A stretch of DNA of 64,000 nucleotides from positions 31,080 to 95,079 of the forward strand of contig CAKPFO010000001.1 of the NCBI GenBank assembly GCA_934153805.1. The letters run 5' to 3'. Source of the DNA: an uncultured Clostridia bacterium (GTDB taxonomy: Bacteria; Bacillota; Clostridia; TANB77; CAG-508). Of the stretch, positions 9,904 through 19,043 are shown piece after piece. Numbering within the stretch: the first letter of the stretch is position 1; each line of letters begins with the position of its first letter. The notes below the pieces were generated by a model that saw nothing but the letters and a program-made list of their open reading frames with translations, was not told the origin of the DNA and did no database searches. The position numbers and the translations under genes are program-made.

Positions 9904-12105
9904 TTAATAATCCACATATACCTTGCTACCTTTATTCACCTTTATTCCTACTTTAGGTGTTTGTTCTTTTATAACTGTATTTTCTTTATCCATTCCTTCT
10001 TGTTCGTTATTTATTTGTAGTTCCAGACCTAAGTCCTTTAATATTTTTATTCCCTCACTTATAGTTTTTCCTTCTACATTTGATACCTCTACCTGTTCTG
10101 TTTCTTGAACATTTTCAGCATCTTTTTTTACCTCTAAATATGGCAATACCTCTCCAAATATTTGTGAACCTATTGGTGCTGCAACACCACCTCCTTGGTG
10201 TCCACCTTCTCCTGTTGGATTATATAATGTAATTAAAACAGCTACAGTTGGATTAGAAATTGGTGCCACTCCTATAAATGATGTAACATATTTTCCAGTA
10301 TTTACGCCGTCTTCTGATGTTCCTGTTTTTCCACCTATTCTATACCCTTGTACTTGTGAATTTCTTCCAGTTCCATCTGCTACAACACTTTCCATCATAC
10401 TTAACACATTTTTAGCAGTTTCCTCTGAAATTACTCTATCTTTTTTTACCACCTCTATATTTTTTCTTTCCCCTGTTTGACTGTTTATAATTGCCTTTAC
10501 TACCCTAGGTTTTACATATGTTCCGCCATTTGCTATTGCAGAAACCATACTTACCATTTGTATTGGCGTTACCTCAAATCTTTGCCCAAATGCAATTGTC
10601 CCAAGCTCTACTGGTCCTACTTTTTCTTCTTTTAAAAATATAGAACTTGCTTCTCCTGGTAAATCTATTCCTGTTCTTTTTAGAAATCCGAATTTTTCTA
10701 AATATTGATAATATTTATGAACTCCTAATTTTTGTCCTAGTCCTATAAAAACTGGATTACATGAATTCATTAAAGCTTTTCTTAAACTCTCCGAACCATG
10801 TGGTCTATAATATCTCCAACATTTCATTCTTACTCCAGCTACTTCTATTCCTCCTGTACAGCAAAATTCTCCTTCCTTATCTACTTCTGCTATTTTTTCT
10901 TCTAACGATGCTGATGCAGTTACTAACTTAAATGTAGACCCAGGTTCATATGTGTCTGATATTGCTTTGTTTCTCCACATTGCTTGTAAATTTTTTGTTT
11001 TATCACTTTGTGATAAGTTATCCCATGTTTGCTTTAGTTCTTCAGTATTTGGCGAGTATGGTTCATTTAAATTATAATTTGGATATCCTGCTATAGCTAA
11101 AATGTTTCCATTTTGTGGATTCATTATAATAATATTTCCTCCATCAGTACATTTGTTGTCTATGCATGCTTCTGTTAAATATTTTTCTGCAATTCCTTGT
11201 ATTGTCGCATCTATTGTAAGTATTAAATCATTTCCATCTATTGCTTCCTCATAATTTTCTGCAGCATTTTCTATATCTCCACCTACAGCATCTGTTATCT
11301 TTTTTATTTTTCCTTGACTTCCTTTTAGTTCGCTATCATATACACTTTCTATTCCATCTAGCCCTTGATTGTCGCTTCCACAAAATCCAATTATTTGTGA
11401 TGCTAAATTGTTAAAAGGATAATACCTTTTAGTGTCTTCATCTATGTTTATTCCTTTATCTATATTTTCCTGTTGCATCCACTTCCTTAGCTCATCTGCT
11501 TTTTCTTTTTCTACTTTTTTTACAATGGTTTCTATAGAACTTCTTTTACTTACTTTTTTTAATGTTTTTTCATAATCTAAATTAAATATATCAGAAAGTG
11601 CTTTTGCTACTTTTTCTCTATCTTCTTTTTGAATATTTACTGGATTTACAGTGACCGTTTCTACGTTCGAACTTACTGCTAGCACTGTTTTTTCTGTGGC
11701 ATCATATATTGTTCCTCTTTTTGGATTTATGCTTCTATCTAAAGTTTGCTGTACATATGCCATAGATTGCAATTCGCTACCCTGTGCAAATTGTATATAT
11801 CCTATTCTTACAGTTAATAGTATTAGTAATGTAATTATTACAATAAGTTCATATTTTTCTCTTTTTTTTCTTGATATATCCCCTACTGGTTCTACATTTC
11901 TAAATTGCTTTTTATTTAGCTTCTTAAAATTTATTGGCTTCTTCTTTTTTATCTTTTTTATTTCCTTTTGATTATCCTCTTTTAATATGTTTTTCTTTAT
12001 TCTATCTTTTAGCTTTTGTTTTTCTGTCCTTTTTATCTTGTTATTTTCTTTTTGTTTTTTTAATTCTATTATTTTTTTCTTTTTATTACTCATTTTTACT
12101 ACCAT
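9904..12105 (-). CDS. class B penicillin-binding protein (transpeptidase, one C-terminal PASTA domain), SpoVD/FtsI-like. About 85-aa lysine-rich N-terminal extension before the TM helix
   Basis: STFK, SCN and KTGT transpeptidase motifs. Single PASTA (VEGKTISEGIKILKDLGLELQI). dcw-cluster position after ftsL. Confidence 0.8.
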   Translation of the reverse strand: MVVKMSNKKKKIIELKKQKENNKIKRTEKQKLKDRIKKNILKEDNQKEIKKIKKKKPINFKKLNKKQFRNVEPVGDISRKKREKYELIVIITLLILLTVRIGYIQFAQGSELQSMAYVQQTLDRSINPKRGTIYDATEKTVLAVSSNVETVTVNPVNIQKEDREKVAKALSDIFNLDYEKTLKKVSKRSSIETIVKKVEKEKADELRKWMQQENIDKGINIDEDTKRYYPFNNLASQIIGFCGSDNQGLDGIESVYDSELKGSQGKIKKITDAVGGDIENAAENYEEAIDGNDLILTIDATIQGIAEKYLTEACIDNKCTDGGNIIIMNPQNGNILAIAGYPNYNLNEPYSPNTEELKQTWDNLSQSDKTKNLQAMWRNKAISDTYEPGSTFKLVTASASLEEKIAEVDKEGEFCCTGGIEVAGVRMKCWRYYRPHGSESLRKALMNSCNPVFIGLGQKLGVHKYYQYLEKFGFLKRTGIDLPGEASSIFLKEEKVGPVELGTIAFGQRFEVTPIQMVSMVSAIANGGTYVKPRVVKAIINSQTGERKNIEVVKKDRVISEETAKNVLSMMESVVADGTGRNSQVQGYRIGGKTGTSEDGVNTGKYVTSFIGVAPISNPTVAVLITLYNPTGEGGHQGGGVAAPIGSQIFGEVLPYLEVKKDAENVQETEQVEVSNVEGKTISEGIKILKDLGLELQINNEQEGMDKENTVIKEQTPKVGIKVNKGSKVYVDY

Positions 12106-12228
12106 TCCTTCCTTGAAACACTATTTTCTTATCTATTTCTAGGTATAAATATCTATTGGTATTTTTATGCCTTTTATTAATATTTATATTTTAAGAATAT
12201 GTAAAAATGTTAATTAAAAGAACTTTTA

Positions 12229-12274
12229 TTTTTTTGCACGTCAAAACACCCACGCTACATTGTAGCATGGGTGT
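12229..12274 (-). terminator. GC-rich intrinsic terminator of the surface-protein cassette
   Basis: ACACCCACGCTACA / TGTAGCATGGGTGT 14-bp stem (1 mismatch), followed on the minus strand by a T-run. Confidence 0.5.
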
Positions 12275-12291
12275 AAACACATTATTCAATT

Positions 12292-14451
12292 TTATTCATC
12301 GTCGCGTTTCTTTTTAGCAAAAGGTATAGCATTTAATAAAAGTGCAAAAAATCCTGCCATAGTTGCTGCACCTGCTGTTGCTGTCTTTGTCAAATTGTCA
12401 TCTCCTGTTTTTGGAGTTGTTATTTCCTGTTCAGGAGTAGCAGCTGGTGTTTCTGGCTGCTCACCTAATGGTACCGGCACTTCTGCAATTATTACAGTTT
12501 CAGGCTCTTTTACTGAAACATTTACGGTTTCTGTCGTTGAATTATCATTTGTCTCTGGTCCTGGTTCAGGATTTGGCTTTGGTTCCGGCTTTGGCTCTGG
12601 TATTGGTGTTACTGGCACCACTGTCACCTTTCCTTCTCCATTTACAATAACCTTGAAGTCCTGATTTATTTTTGTATAATCTACATCATACAAAATATTG
12701 GTTAACTGACTGGTTATTTCTGCCATGTACTCAGGTGGAATCTCTGTTTCTTCAATATATGTTCCAGAAACTTGATATTCCTCTTTGTACTCGCCTGTCT
12801 CCGGATCATCTACCTGATATTTTACAACATACTTTGTGCTTTTCTTTGTAACAGTTATTGTGTACACCTTTGTAACTGATGACTCAACTGTTACTTTGCC
12901 TTCACTATCCATGTTGAAGCTATCAAGTACAATATCATATCCGCCGAATTTTCTATCATCCTCCCACCAATGTTCTGCTTCTCCTGGCTTATCTGAACAA
13001 GTATTGTAATTGTTGTTCAAGTATCCTGTAGTTGAGAACGGCACCTCTTTTATAACTCCGTTATCAGAATATTGCAACGTACCCTGAATGAGAACAAAGG
13101 ATTTCTTTAAATTCATCCTTTTATCTTTTGACCGAATTTCCCAATAACCTTGCGGGTCCCGAGTAATATACGCTTCCATTGGAATCTGCTGCATTTTTCC
13201 ATCAATTTCAGCAAAAACATACACTTTCAGGTCTTTGTTGTCTTTAATGCTGCATTTTACCTGTGTCGCATTACCATTTTCATCATACACATTTATCTTG
13301 GCTGCAGTCTGCAAATCCAAATGCACATATGTGTAATCCTGATCTTTTGCATCCTCCTGCATCTTCTGCATCAGCTCTTTTTTCTGCTCTTCTGTCAATT
13401 CCTCAAAGTTAATTGAGGTCTTGTAATTTTTAAGAACATCTTCCATTTTTTCCTCAATGGTAACATTCTCATCAGCAGCTGCCTGCGCATATAATTCTTC
13501 TACTTTCTTTTTGAAATCCTCATACGAGGTTGCAGTGATTACAACACTTTCAATAACCGTATCTGTATCTGTGTCGATAATGTCAACTTTGTCTAAGAAT
13601 CCGCCTTCAACCTTGTTGTCCTCGATGTACTTATTGGCTTCTTCTTCACTGTCAAAGTGAATCACATTACCATCATCATCGGTTGCAGTAACTTCTTTTT
13701 TCTGATATACCCATCTTCCGTTTACAGGTGTGATAGTATAATCTGCCTTGTTAAAGCCCTTTGCATATTCTTCTGCTTCCTCACGAGTTTCAAACTCTTT
13801 GGTTTCAAACTCTTTGGTCTCTTCTACTGTAGTTCCAGTACCTTCGACCTTAGAAATCTCGGTTTTTGTTGTCACCTTTTCGGAATCATCAGAAACCTGA
13901 CTTTCTTCAAGCCTTTTTGCTTCTTCATCTGCCCATTCCTTTGCCTCTTCTTCTGACTTAAAACCGTCTTTTGATGAGGTTTGGCCTTCTGTGGTTTCAC
14001 CTTCGACTTCTGTGATGGTTCCATTTACCTTTTCTGCTGCTTTCTCTGCATCGCTTTTTGAATCATACTGATCTTTAGCCTTTTCTTCGGTAGACTTATC
14101 TACAATATCAACATTGTAATCATATTGTCCACCACCGGCTTCGATCTCTGACTTAATCTGCTCCTGCTCTTTCTTTTTTTCTTCCGCTTTCGAAATTGCA
14201 TCTGCCAAATCTTTAGCATCGACCTCTTCTGTGTACTCATATATTGTGGTTGTACTGCCATCTTCATTCTTGACTTCAGTAACCTTCATATTCGAGTTTT
14301 CACTGCTGATTTCGCTGCTAGTCTCTTCCTGTCCTTCACTAGCTACCTGAGCATTGCTTTCTTCAGCAAATGCTACCATTGGCATTGTACTAGTTACTAA
14401 AACAGATAATGTTGTTACAGTGATAAGTTGCCGAGCTATCTTATTTTTCAT
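12292..14451 (-). CDS. acidic cell-wall-anchored surface protein, probable sortase substrate (TPKTG sorting signal)
   Basis: Signal peptide. Glu/Asp/Lys-rich body. PEPKPEPKPNPEPGPE proline-rich spacer. C-terminal TPKTGD + hydrophobic segment + KKKRDDE tail. Start moved to the second ATG because the sequence between the ATGs forms AAAGGAGAGAG, a likely RBS. GC clearly higher than the flanks. Confidence 0.6.
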   Translation of the reverse strand: MKNKIARQLITVTTLSVLVTSTMPMVAFAEESNAQVASEGQEETSSEISSENSNMKVTEVKNEDGSTTTIYEYTEEVDAKDLADAISKAEEKKKEQEQIKSEIEAGGGQYDYNVDIVDKSTEEKAKDQYDSKSDAEKAAEKVNGTITEVEGETTEGQTSSKDGFKSEEEAKEWADEEAKRLEESQVSDDSEKVTTKTEISKVEGTGTTVEETKEFETKEFETREEAEEYAKGFNKADYTITPVNGRWVYQKKEVTATDDDGNVIHFDSEEEANKYIEDNKVEGGFLDKVDIIDTDTDTVIESVVITATSYEDFKKKVEELYAQAAADENVTIEEKMEDVLKNYKTSINFEELTEEQKKELMQKMQEDAKDQDYTYVHLDLQTAAKINVYDENGNATQVKCSIKDNKDLKVYVFAEIDGKMQQIPMEAYITRDPQGYWEIRSKDKRMNLKKSFVLIQGTLQYSDNGVIKEVPFSTTGYLNNNYNTCSDKPGEAEHWWEDDRKFGGYDIVLDSFNMDSEGKVTVESSVTKVYTITVTKKSTKYVVKYQVDDPETGEYKEEYQVSGTYIEETEIPPEYMAEITSQLTNILYDVDYTKINQDFKVIVNGEGKVTVVPVTPIPEPKPEPKPNPEPGPETNDNSTTETVNVSVKEPETVIIAEVPVPLGEQPETPAATPEQEITTPKTGDDNLTKTATAGAATMAGFFALLLNAIPFAKKKRDDE

Positions 14452-14530
14452 ACGCTCTCTCCTTTTCAATGTGCTTGGTTAAACACTTCTACTAGAAGTA
14501 TTTAGTTTATTATTTTTAGTTGCATGAAAT

Positions 14531-14559
14531 ATGTTAACATCTTTACCATTTTTTGTCAA
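14531..14559 (-). promoter_or_regulatory. own promoter of the surface-protein gene: TTGACA-N17-TAACAT on the minus strand
   Basis: Read from reverse complement of 14531-14559. Confidence 0.4.
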
Positions 14560-14607
14560 TAGCATTTTTAAAAAAATATATAATCCTTTTCAATTGCTAA
14601 TTCCACC

Positions 14608-14659
14608 CATAAAAAACTACTATATAAATGATTGTTTCATTTCTATATAGTAGTTTTTA
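14608..14659. terminator. bidirectional terminator immediately after ftsL-like gene
   Basis: AAAAACTACTATATA-N17-TATATAGTAGTTTTT perfect inverted repeat with flanking A/T runs. The right arm overlaps the ftsL stop. Confidence 0.5.
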
Positions 14660-15178
14660 TTTTATGCTCTCTGTTAGTCCTTTTATAATTTTTTGCCAAA
14701 TATTTAAGTTTTCGTCTATAACAACTTCTTCTGCTGCTGATTCTATATAATCTTTTTTTGGTAAATTTATATATATTTTTTGGCTATTATCTAATTTTTG
14801 CATTCCTAATTTTTCTTTTGCTTGTTGCTCTACATTGTTTAAATTTAAGCTGCTCTCTATATTTACTTTTAACTGCTCGTTTTCCTTTTGAACTGCAGCC
14901 ACATCTTCTTTTAATTTTTCCTTTTGATTAAATCTTTCTGTTATTAGTGAATTTCTATAGCTTATCGTAAATAATATAGCAAATCCAGCAGCTATATATA
15001 ATGCTACTTTTATTTTTGGTTTAAGCGCATGCTTCACACTTTTTTTATTGTTTGTAGTAGCTTTCTTTTTAGTTGTAGTTTTCTTATTTTTATATGGATT
15101 TTCTATTGGTCTATATTCTGGTTCTAATTTTCTTGGGCTCGTTTCATATTGATATCCATAGTATCTTTGATATGCCAT
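14657..15178 (-). CDS. ftsL: FtsL-like cell-division protein (bitopic, coiled coil)
   Basis: dcw position after rsmH. Cytoplasmic N-terminus, one TM (VALYIAAGFAILFTISY), periplasmic coiled coil. Weak sequence signal. Confidence 0.5.
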   Translation of the reverse strand: MAYQRYYGYQYETSPRKLEPEYRPIENPYKNKKTTTKKKATTNNKKSVKHALKPKIKVALYIAAGFAILFTISYRNSLITERFNQKEKLKEDVAAVQKENEQLKVNIESSLNLNNVEQQAKEKLGMQKLDNSQKIYINLPKKDYIESAAEEVVIDENLNIWQKIIKGLTESIK

Positions 15179-15197
15179 AGATTTTCACCTCTTTTCT

Positions 15198-16148
15198 TTA
15201 GCTAATTTTTTTCTCAAATATCCTCAATTTTGCACTTTTGGATCTAGAGTTTTTTTCCTGCTCTTCTTTAGTTGCTATTATTGGTTTTTTATTTATTATT
15301 TTTCCTTCAGATTTACATCCACATACACAATATGGTAAATCTTTAGGACATGTGCACTTTCCTTCTGCTTCTTGGAAAGCTTTTTTTACTGCTCTATCTT
15401 CTAATGAATGGAATGTTATAATACATAATCTTCCGCCATCTTTTAACATTTCTATCGATTGTTTTACTGTGTTATATAATGGTTTTATTTCATCATTTAC
15501 CTCTATCCTTATAGCTTGAAATGTCCTTTTGGCAGGATGTCCATCGTTTTGTTTTGACAATGGTATAGATTTTTTTATAATATCTACCAATTCAAATGTT
15601 GTTTCTATATTTTTATTTTTTCTTTGTTTTACTATGTTACTAGCTATATTTCTAGCAAATCTTTCTTCTCCGTATTCATATATTATATTAGCTAGTTCTT
15701 CTTCTGTATAATTATTAACTACATATTCCGCCGTAAGTTCTTGACTTTTGTCCATTCTCATGTCTAACCTAGCATCTCCTATATAGCTAAACCCTCTTGA
15801 CCTTTCGTCTAATTGATATGAAGATACTCCTAAGTCTAATAAAATACCGTCTACTGCGTATATTCCTATATTTTCTAGTAAATTTTTTATATCATCATGA
15901 TTTCCATGAACGTATTTTACATTAGAATAATCCTTTAATTTTTCTTCTGCTGCTTTTAGTGCTTCTTCATCTCTATCTATTCCTATCAGAATTCCCTCTT
16001 TTGTGGATAATCTTTTTATTATTTCTTTACTATGTCCTGCTCCTCCAAGAGTCCCATCTACATATATTCCATCTGGTTTTATATTTAGTCCTTCTATGCA
16101 TTCTTCTAGTAGAACTGGTTTATGTATAAATTCCATTTTAACACCCAA
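15198..16148 (-). CDS. rsmH: 16S rRNA (cytosine1402-N4)-methyltransferase
   Basis: [13 protein letters not shown] motif, full-length MraW. Confidence 0.9.
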   Translation of the reverse strand: MGVKMEFIHKPVLLEECIEGLNIKPDGIYVDGTLGGAGHSKEIIKRLSTKEGILIGIDRDEEALKAAEEKLKDYSNVKYVHGNHDDIKNLLENIGIYAVDGILLDLGVSSYQLDERSRGFSYIGDARLDMRMDKSQELTAEYVVNNYTEEELANIIYEYGEERFARNIASNIVKQRKNKNIETTFELVDIIKKSIPLSKQNDGHPAKRTFQAIRIEVNDEIKPLYNTVKQSIEMLKDGGRLCIITFHSLEDRAVKKAFQEAEGKCTCPKDLPYCVCGCKSEGKIINKKPIIATKEEQEKNSRSKSAKLRIFEKKIS

Positions 16149-16260
16149 CTTTTAAGTTTAACTTTTAAATAGCATAATCAGTTGGTATTTGAAATACCAA
16201 CTGTCATGCCTCTTTTTTCATTATTCTTTTGTTTCTTTTTTGGTTTTCATTAGTTAAACT

Positions 16261-16478
16261 TTTTCTTTTGTTAACTATTGTTCATTAATCATTCGTTATT
16301 TTTTTATTTATCTTTTGCATTTACTTTATCTTTTGAAATTAATTTATATCTTTGGTAGATTAAAATTAATCTTTTGTAACATTGATGGTCTAAATTAAGA
16401 CTTTATCTTTTGTATTTTTCATTTTAATCTTTTGTATCTATATTTTTATCTTTTGTACTTTTTCATCTTCTGTGTATT
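16261..16478. repeat. array of about 9 degenerate direct repeats (consensus ATCTTTTGTA) phased at about 19-20 bp in the 362-bp mraZ-rsmH spacer
   Basis: Copies start near 16264, 16310, 16328, 16348, 16368, 16404, 16428, 16447, 16466. Confidence 0.6.
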
Positions 16479-16510
16479 TATTTTCTAGGAATATTCCTGA
16501 AAAAACTTTT

Positions 16511-16936
16511 TTATATACCAAGCATTGTCATGTTCTGTGCAATTTCATCTGCCGATATATTTTCATCACATTTTGCCCAGGTATCCTTGTCCCAAATTTC
16601 TAGTCTAGTTCCTACTCCAATTATTACTGCTTCTTTTTCTAGATTTGCTGCTATTCTTAAATTGTTTGGAATTAAAAATCTTCCTTGCTTGTCTATCTCA
16701 CATTCTGTTGCTCCTGATAAGAAAAATCTTACAAAATTTCTTGCATTCTTATCAGAAAGTGGAAGTGCCTTTAACTTAGATTCAAAATTCAACCACTCAT
16801 TTTGTGAAAACGCAAATAAACATCCATCTAAACCTTTTGTTACGATGAACTTTTCTCCCATGTCCACTCTTAACTTTGCTGGCATTATTAATCTACCTTT
16901 TACATCTAGAGAATGCTCGTATTCACCAATTAGCAA
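16511..16936 (-). CDS. mraZ: transcriptional regulator MraZ
   Basis: [14 protein letters not shown] matches the MraZ N-terminus. Likely TTG start at 16936 with AGAGGTG RBS. The track's GTG at 16957 is less likely. Confidence 0.85.
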   Translation of the reverse strand: MLIGEYEHSLDVKGRLIMPAKLRVDMGEKFIVTKGLDGCLFAFSQNEWLNFESKLKALPLSDKNARNFVRFFLSGATECEIDKQGRFLIPNNLRIAANLEKEAVIIGVGTRLEIWDKDTWAKCDENISADEIAQNMTMLGI

Positions 16937-16963
16937 TTGTATTTCACCTCTTTTCACAATTTA

Positions 16964-16988
16964 CCACTTTGTACCACTTCGCTCCACT
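16964..16988 (-). promoter_or_regulatory. MraZ operator: three AAGTGG direct repeats with exact 10-bp period, just downstream of a TTGATT-N17-TAGAAT promoter
   Basis: Plus-strand CCACT at 16964, 16974, 16984. Resembles the known MraZ-box triplet architecture at Pmra. Confidence 0.55.
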
Positions 16989-17039
16989 TTTATTAAATTC
17001 TAATATAAGAATCTAAAAAAATCAAGTATTTTCGCAAAA

Positions 17040-17075
17040 AAAATAAAGAAAAGTAAAAATTTTACTTTTCTTTAT
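17040..17075 (-). terminator. terminator after sortase gene
   Basis: AGAAAAGTAAAA-tttt-TACTTTTCT hairpin plus a T-run on the minus strand. Confidence 0.45.
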
Positions 17076-17824
17076 TTTATCTCTCTTGCTTTTACTGCTA
17101 ATCTTTGTTGTCCATAGTTCTTACAAGTTATTAATGTTAGCTCTCTTTTACCACCTGTCAACTGGCTTGTACACTGCGTGTCTGTAGGTTCTACTACATA
17201 TCTATCATAAACTTCATACTGTACTGTTTGCCCTGTACTTACATTTGTAAGTTCTACTATATCACCATTTGCTATAGCTGGTAAATTCCCAAACATTTTT
17301 CCACTTTTATAATTATGTCCTACTATACAGTAATTTCCAACCTCATTTGGTTTAGGTCCCCAATATTTATTAAGTGATACTTTTAATAGTTCTTCTGACC
17401 ATTCAGAAATAACTGGATAATTAATTCCTAATCTTGGAATATTCAAAATTGCTTCTACACTGTATTCTATTCCACTATTGGTTGTATATTTAACTGTATC
17501 TTCTTGTGTTTGATTTGAATTTATAATTTGTTGATCATCATTTTCATTATCATCTATAGCTACTATTATTACTCCATCATATTCTTTTATTGTATTATCT
17601 TGTCCTACTGTAGCTTCTGCACTTTTTGATATGTTTATTCCTTCTAATATTTCTTTTGAAACTTCTTCACTTTTTGACCTATCATATTCGGCATATATGT
17701 AATAAGAAAATAATAGGCATACTAATAAAACAGATAAAAAAAATTGTATTTTATACATTTTCTTTTTTCTACGTAATTCTGGTGTTATATATAATTTTTG
17801 TGTTACTAGAATTTGATTCATCAT
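17072..17824 (-). CDS. sortase (class B-like)
   Basis: N-terminal TM. CIVGHNYKSG (His) and LTLITC (TLxTC catalytic Cys) motifs. True start possibly at MYKIQFF. Confidence 0.7.
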   Translation of the reverse strand: MMNQILVTQKLYITPELRRKKKMYKIQFFLSVLLVCLLFSYYIYAEYDRSKSEEVSKEILEGINISKSAEATVGQDNTIKEYDGVIIVAIDDNENDDQQIINSNQTQEDTVKYTTNSGIEYSVEAILNIPRLGINYPVISEWSEELLKVSLNKYWGPKPNEVGNYCIVGHNYKSGKMFGNLPAIANGDIVELTNVSTGQTVQYEVYDRYVVEPTDTQCTSQLTGGKRELTLITCKNYGQQRLAVKAREIK

Positions 17825-17931
17825 ATCCTCCTATTAATTTTTCCTAATTATATTATAACATATATTTTTACAAATTTACAATATATAGGCACTTTTTGTA
17901 ATATAAATTTAATATTTCTTTTGTTTACTTT

Positions 17932-18813
17932 CTACTGTAGCTCTTTTGCTATATTAGCAAAATCTTGCATTGTTAGGTTTTCTCCACGTACATTTTCAGG
18001 TAAACCTATTTTATTTAAAACTTGTCTAAATTTATCTTTGTCCATTAAATTGCCATTTGATATGCCATTTATTAATGTTTTTCTTCTTTGCATAAATGAT
18101 AATTTTATCAACTTAAAAAATAATTCCTTATCTTCTACTTCTATTGGTGGCTTATTTCTTAATGTTAATTTTATCACTTCAGATTCTACTTCTGGTTCAG
18201 GTATAAAACTTGTATTTGGAACAGTAACTACTTCTTGTGCCTCACAATAATAGTTTACTGAGTATGTTATTGCTCCTGAGTCTTTGCTTTTTCCCGGATT
18301 AGCTGTTAATCTTTTAGCAACCTCTTTTTGTACCATTACTGTAATCGTTTTTATATCTAATTTATCTTCTAATAACTTCATAATTATTGGTGTGGTTATA
18401 TAGTATGGTAAGTTTGCTACCACTTTTACGTTTTTTATGTTTTGTGTATTTTTTTCTCTTTCTATAATTTCATTTAAATTTACTTTTAATATATCTTCAT
18501 TAATAACCTCAAAATTATTATACAATTTAAATCTTTCATTCAATATTTGCAACATTCTTTTGTCTAACTCTACTGCAATTACTTTTTTTGCTTTATCTAG
18601 CATTTCTTTTGTTAATGTTCCTAGCCCCGGTCCTATTTCTATTATTAAATCTTCTTTATCAATTTCGGCAGAATTTACTATTTTTTCTACAACGTTATCA
18701 TCTATTAAAAAATTTTGTCCCAAGCTTTTGCTTGCTGCAATATTATACTTTTTTAATATAAACATTGTTTCTTTATATATATTTTCCATGTTTTTTCCTC
18801 GCATAATGAACAT
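17932..18813 (-). CDS. rsmA: 16S rRNA (adenine1518/1519-N6)-dimethyltransferase
   Basis: SLGQNFLIDDNVVEKIV, EIGPGLGTLT. Confidence 0.9.
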   Translation of the reverse strand: MFIMRGKNMENIYKETMFILKKYNIAASKSLGQNFLIDDNVVEKIVNSAEIDKEDLIIEIGPGLGTLTKEMLDKAKKVIAVELDKRMLQILNERFKLYNNFEVINEDILKVNLNEIIEREKNTQNIKNVKVVANLPYYITTPIIMKLLEDKLDIKTITVMVQKEVAKRLTANPGKSKDSGAITYSVNYYCEAQEVVTVPNTSFIPEPEVESEVIKLTLRNKPPIEVEDKELFFKLIKLSFMQRRKTLINGISNGNLMDKDKFRQVLNKIGLPENVRGENLTMQDFANIAKELQ

Positions 18814-19043
18814 ATAACATTATACGAACTCCTTTCTTTTTATATCAAAAGTCTAATTATTATTGTTTAATTTCTTATTATATTATTATATAACTTTTAT
18901 TGCCCTTTGTCTATTGATTTTTGCTTATGTTTAATATAAAATGTTACTAGATAATTTATTTTCAATACGTCGTCTAAAAAAATATTATAAAAGTATAGAC
19001 AATATCAAATAAAATTATCTAATTTTGCAAATGATTAATTTCT

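Noticed and set aside
16261-16478. DnaA-box or Spo0A-box cluster explanation for the ATCTTTTGTA array
   Set aside because: The motif does not match TTATCCACA or TGTCGAA in either orientation.
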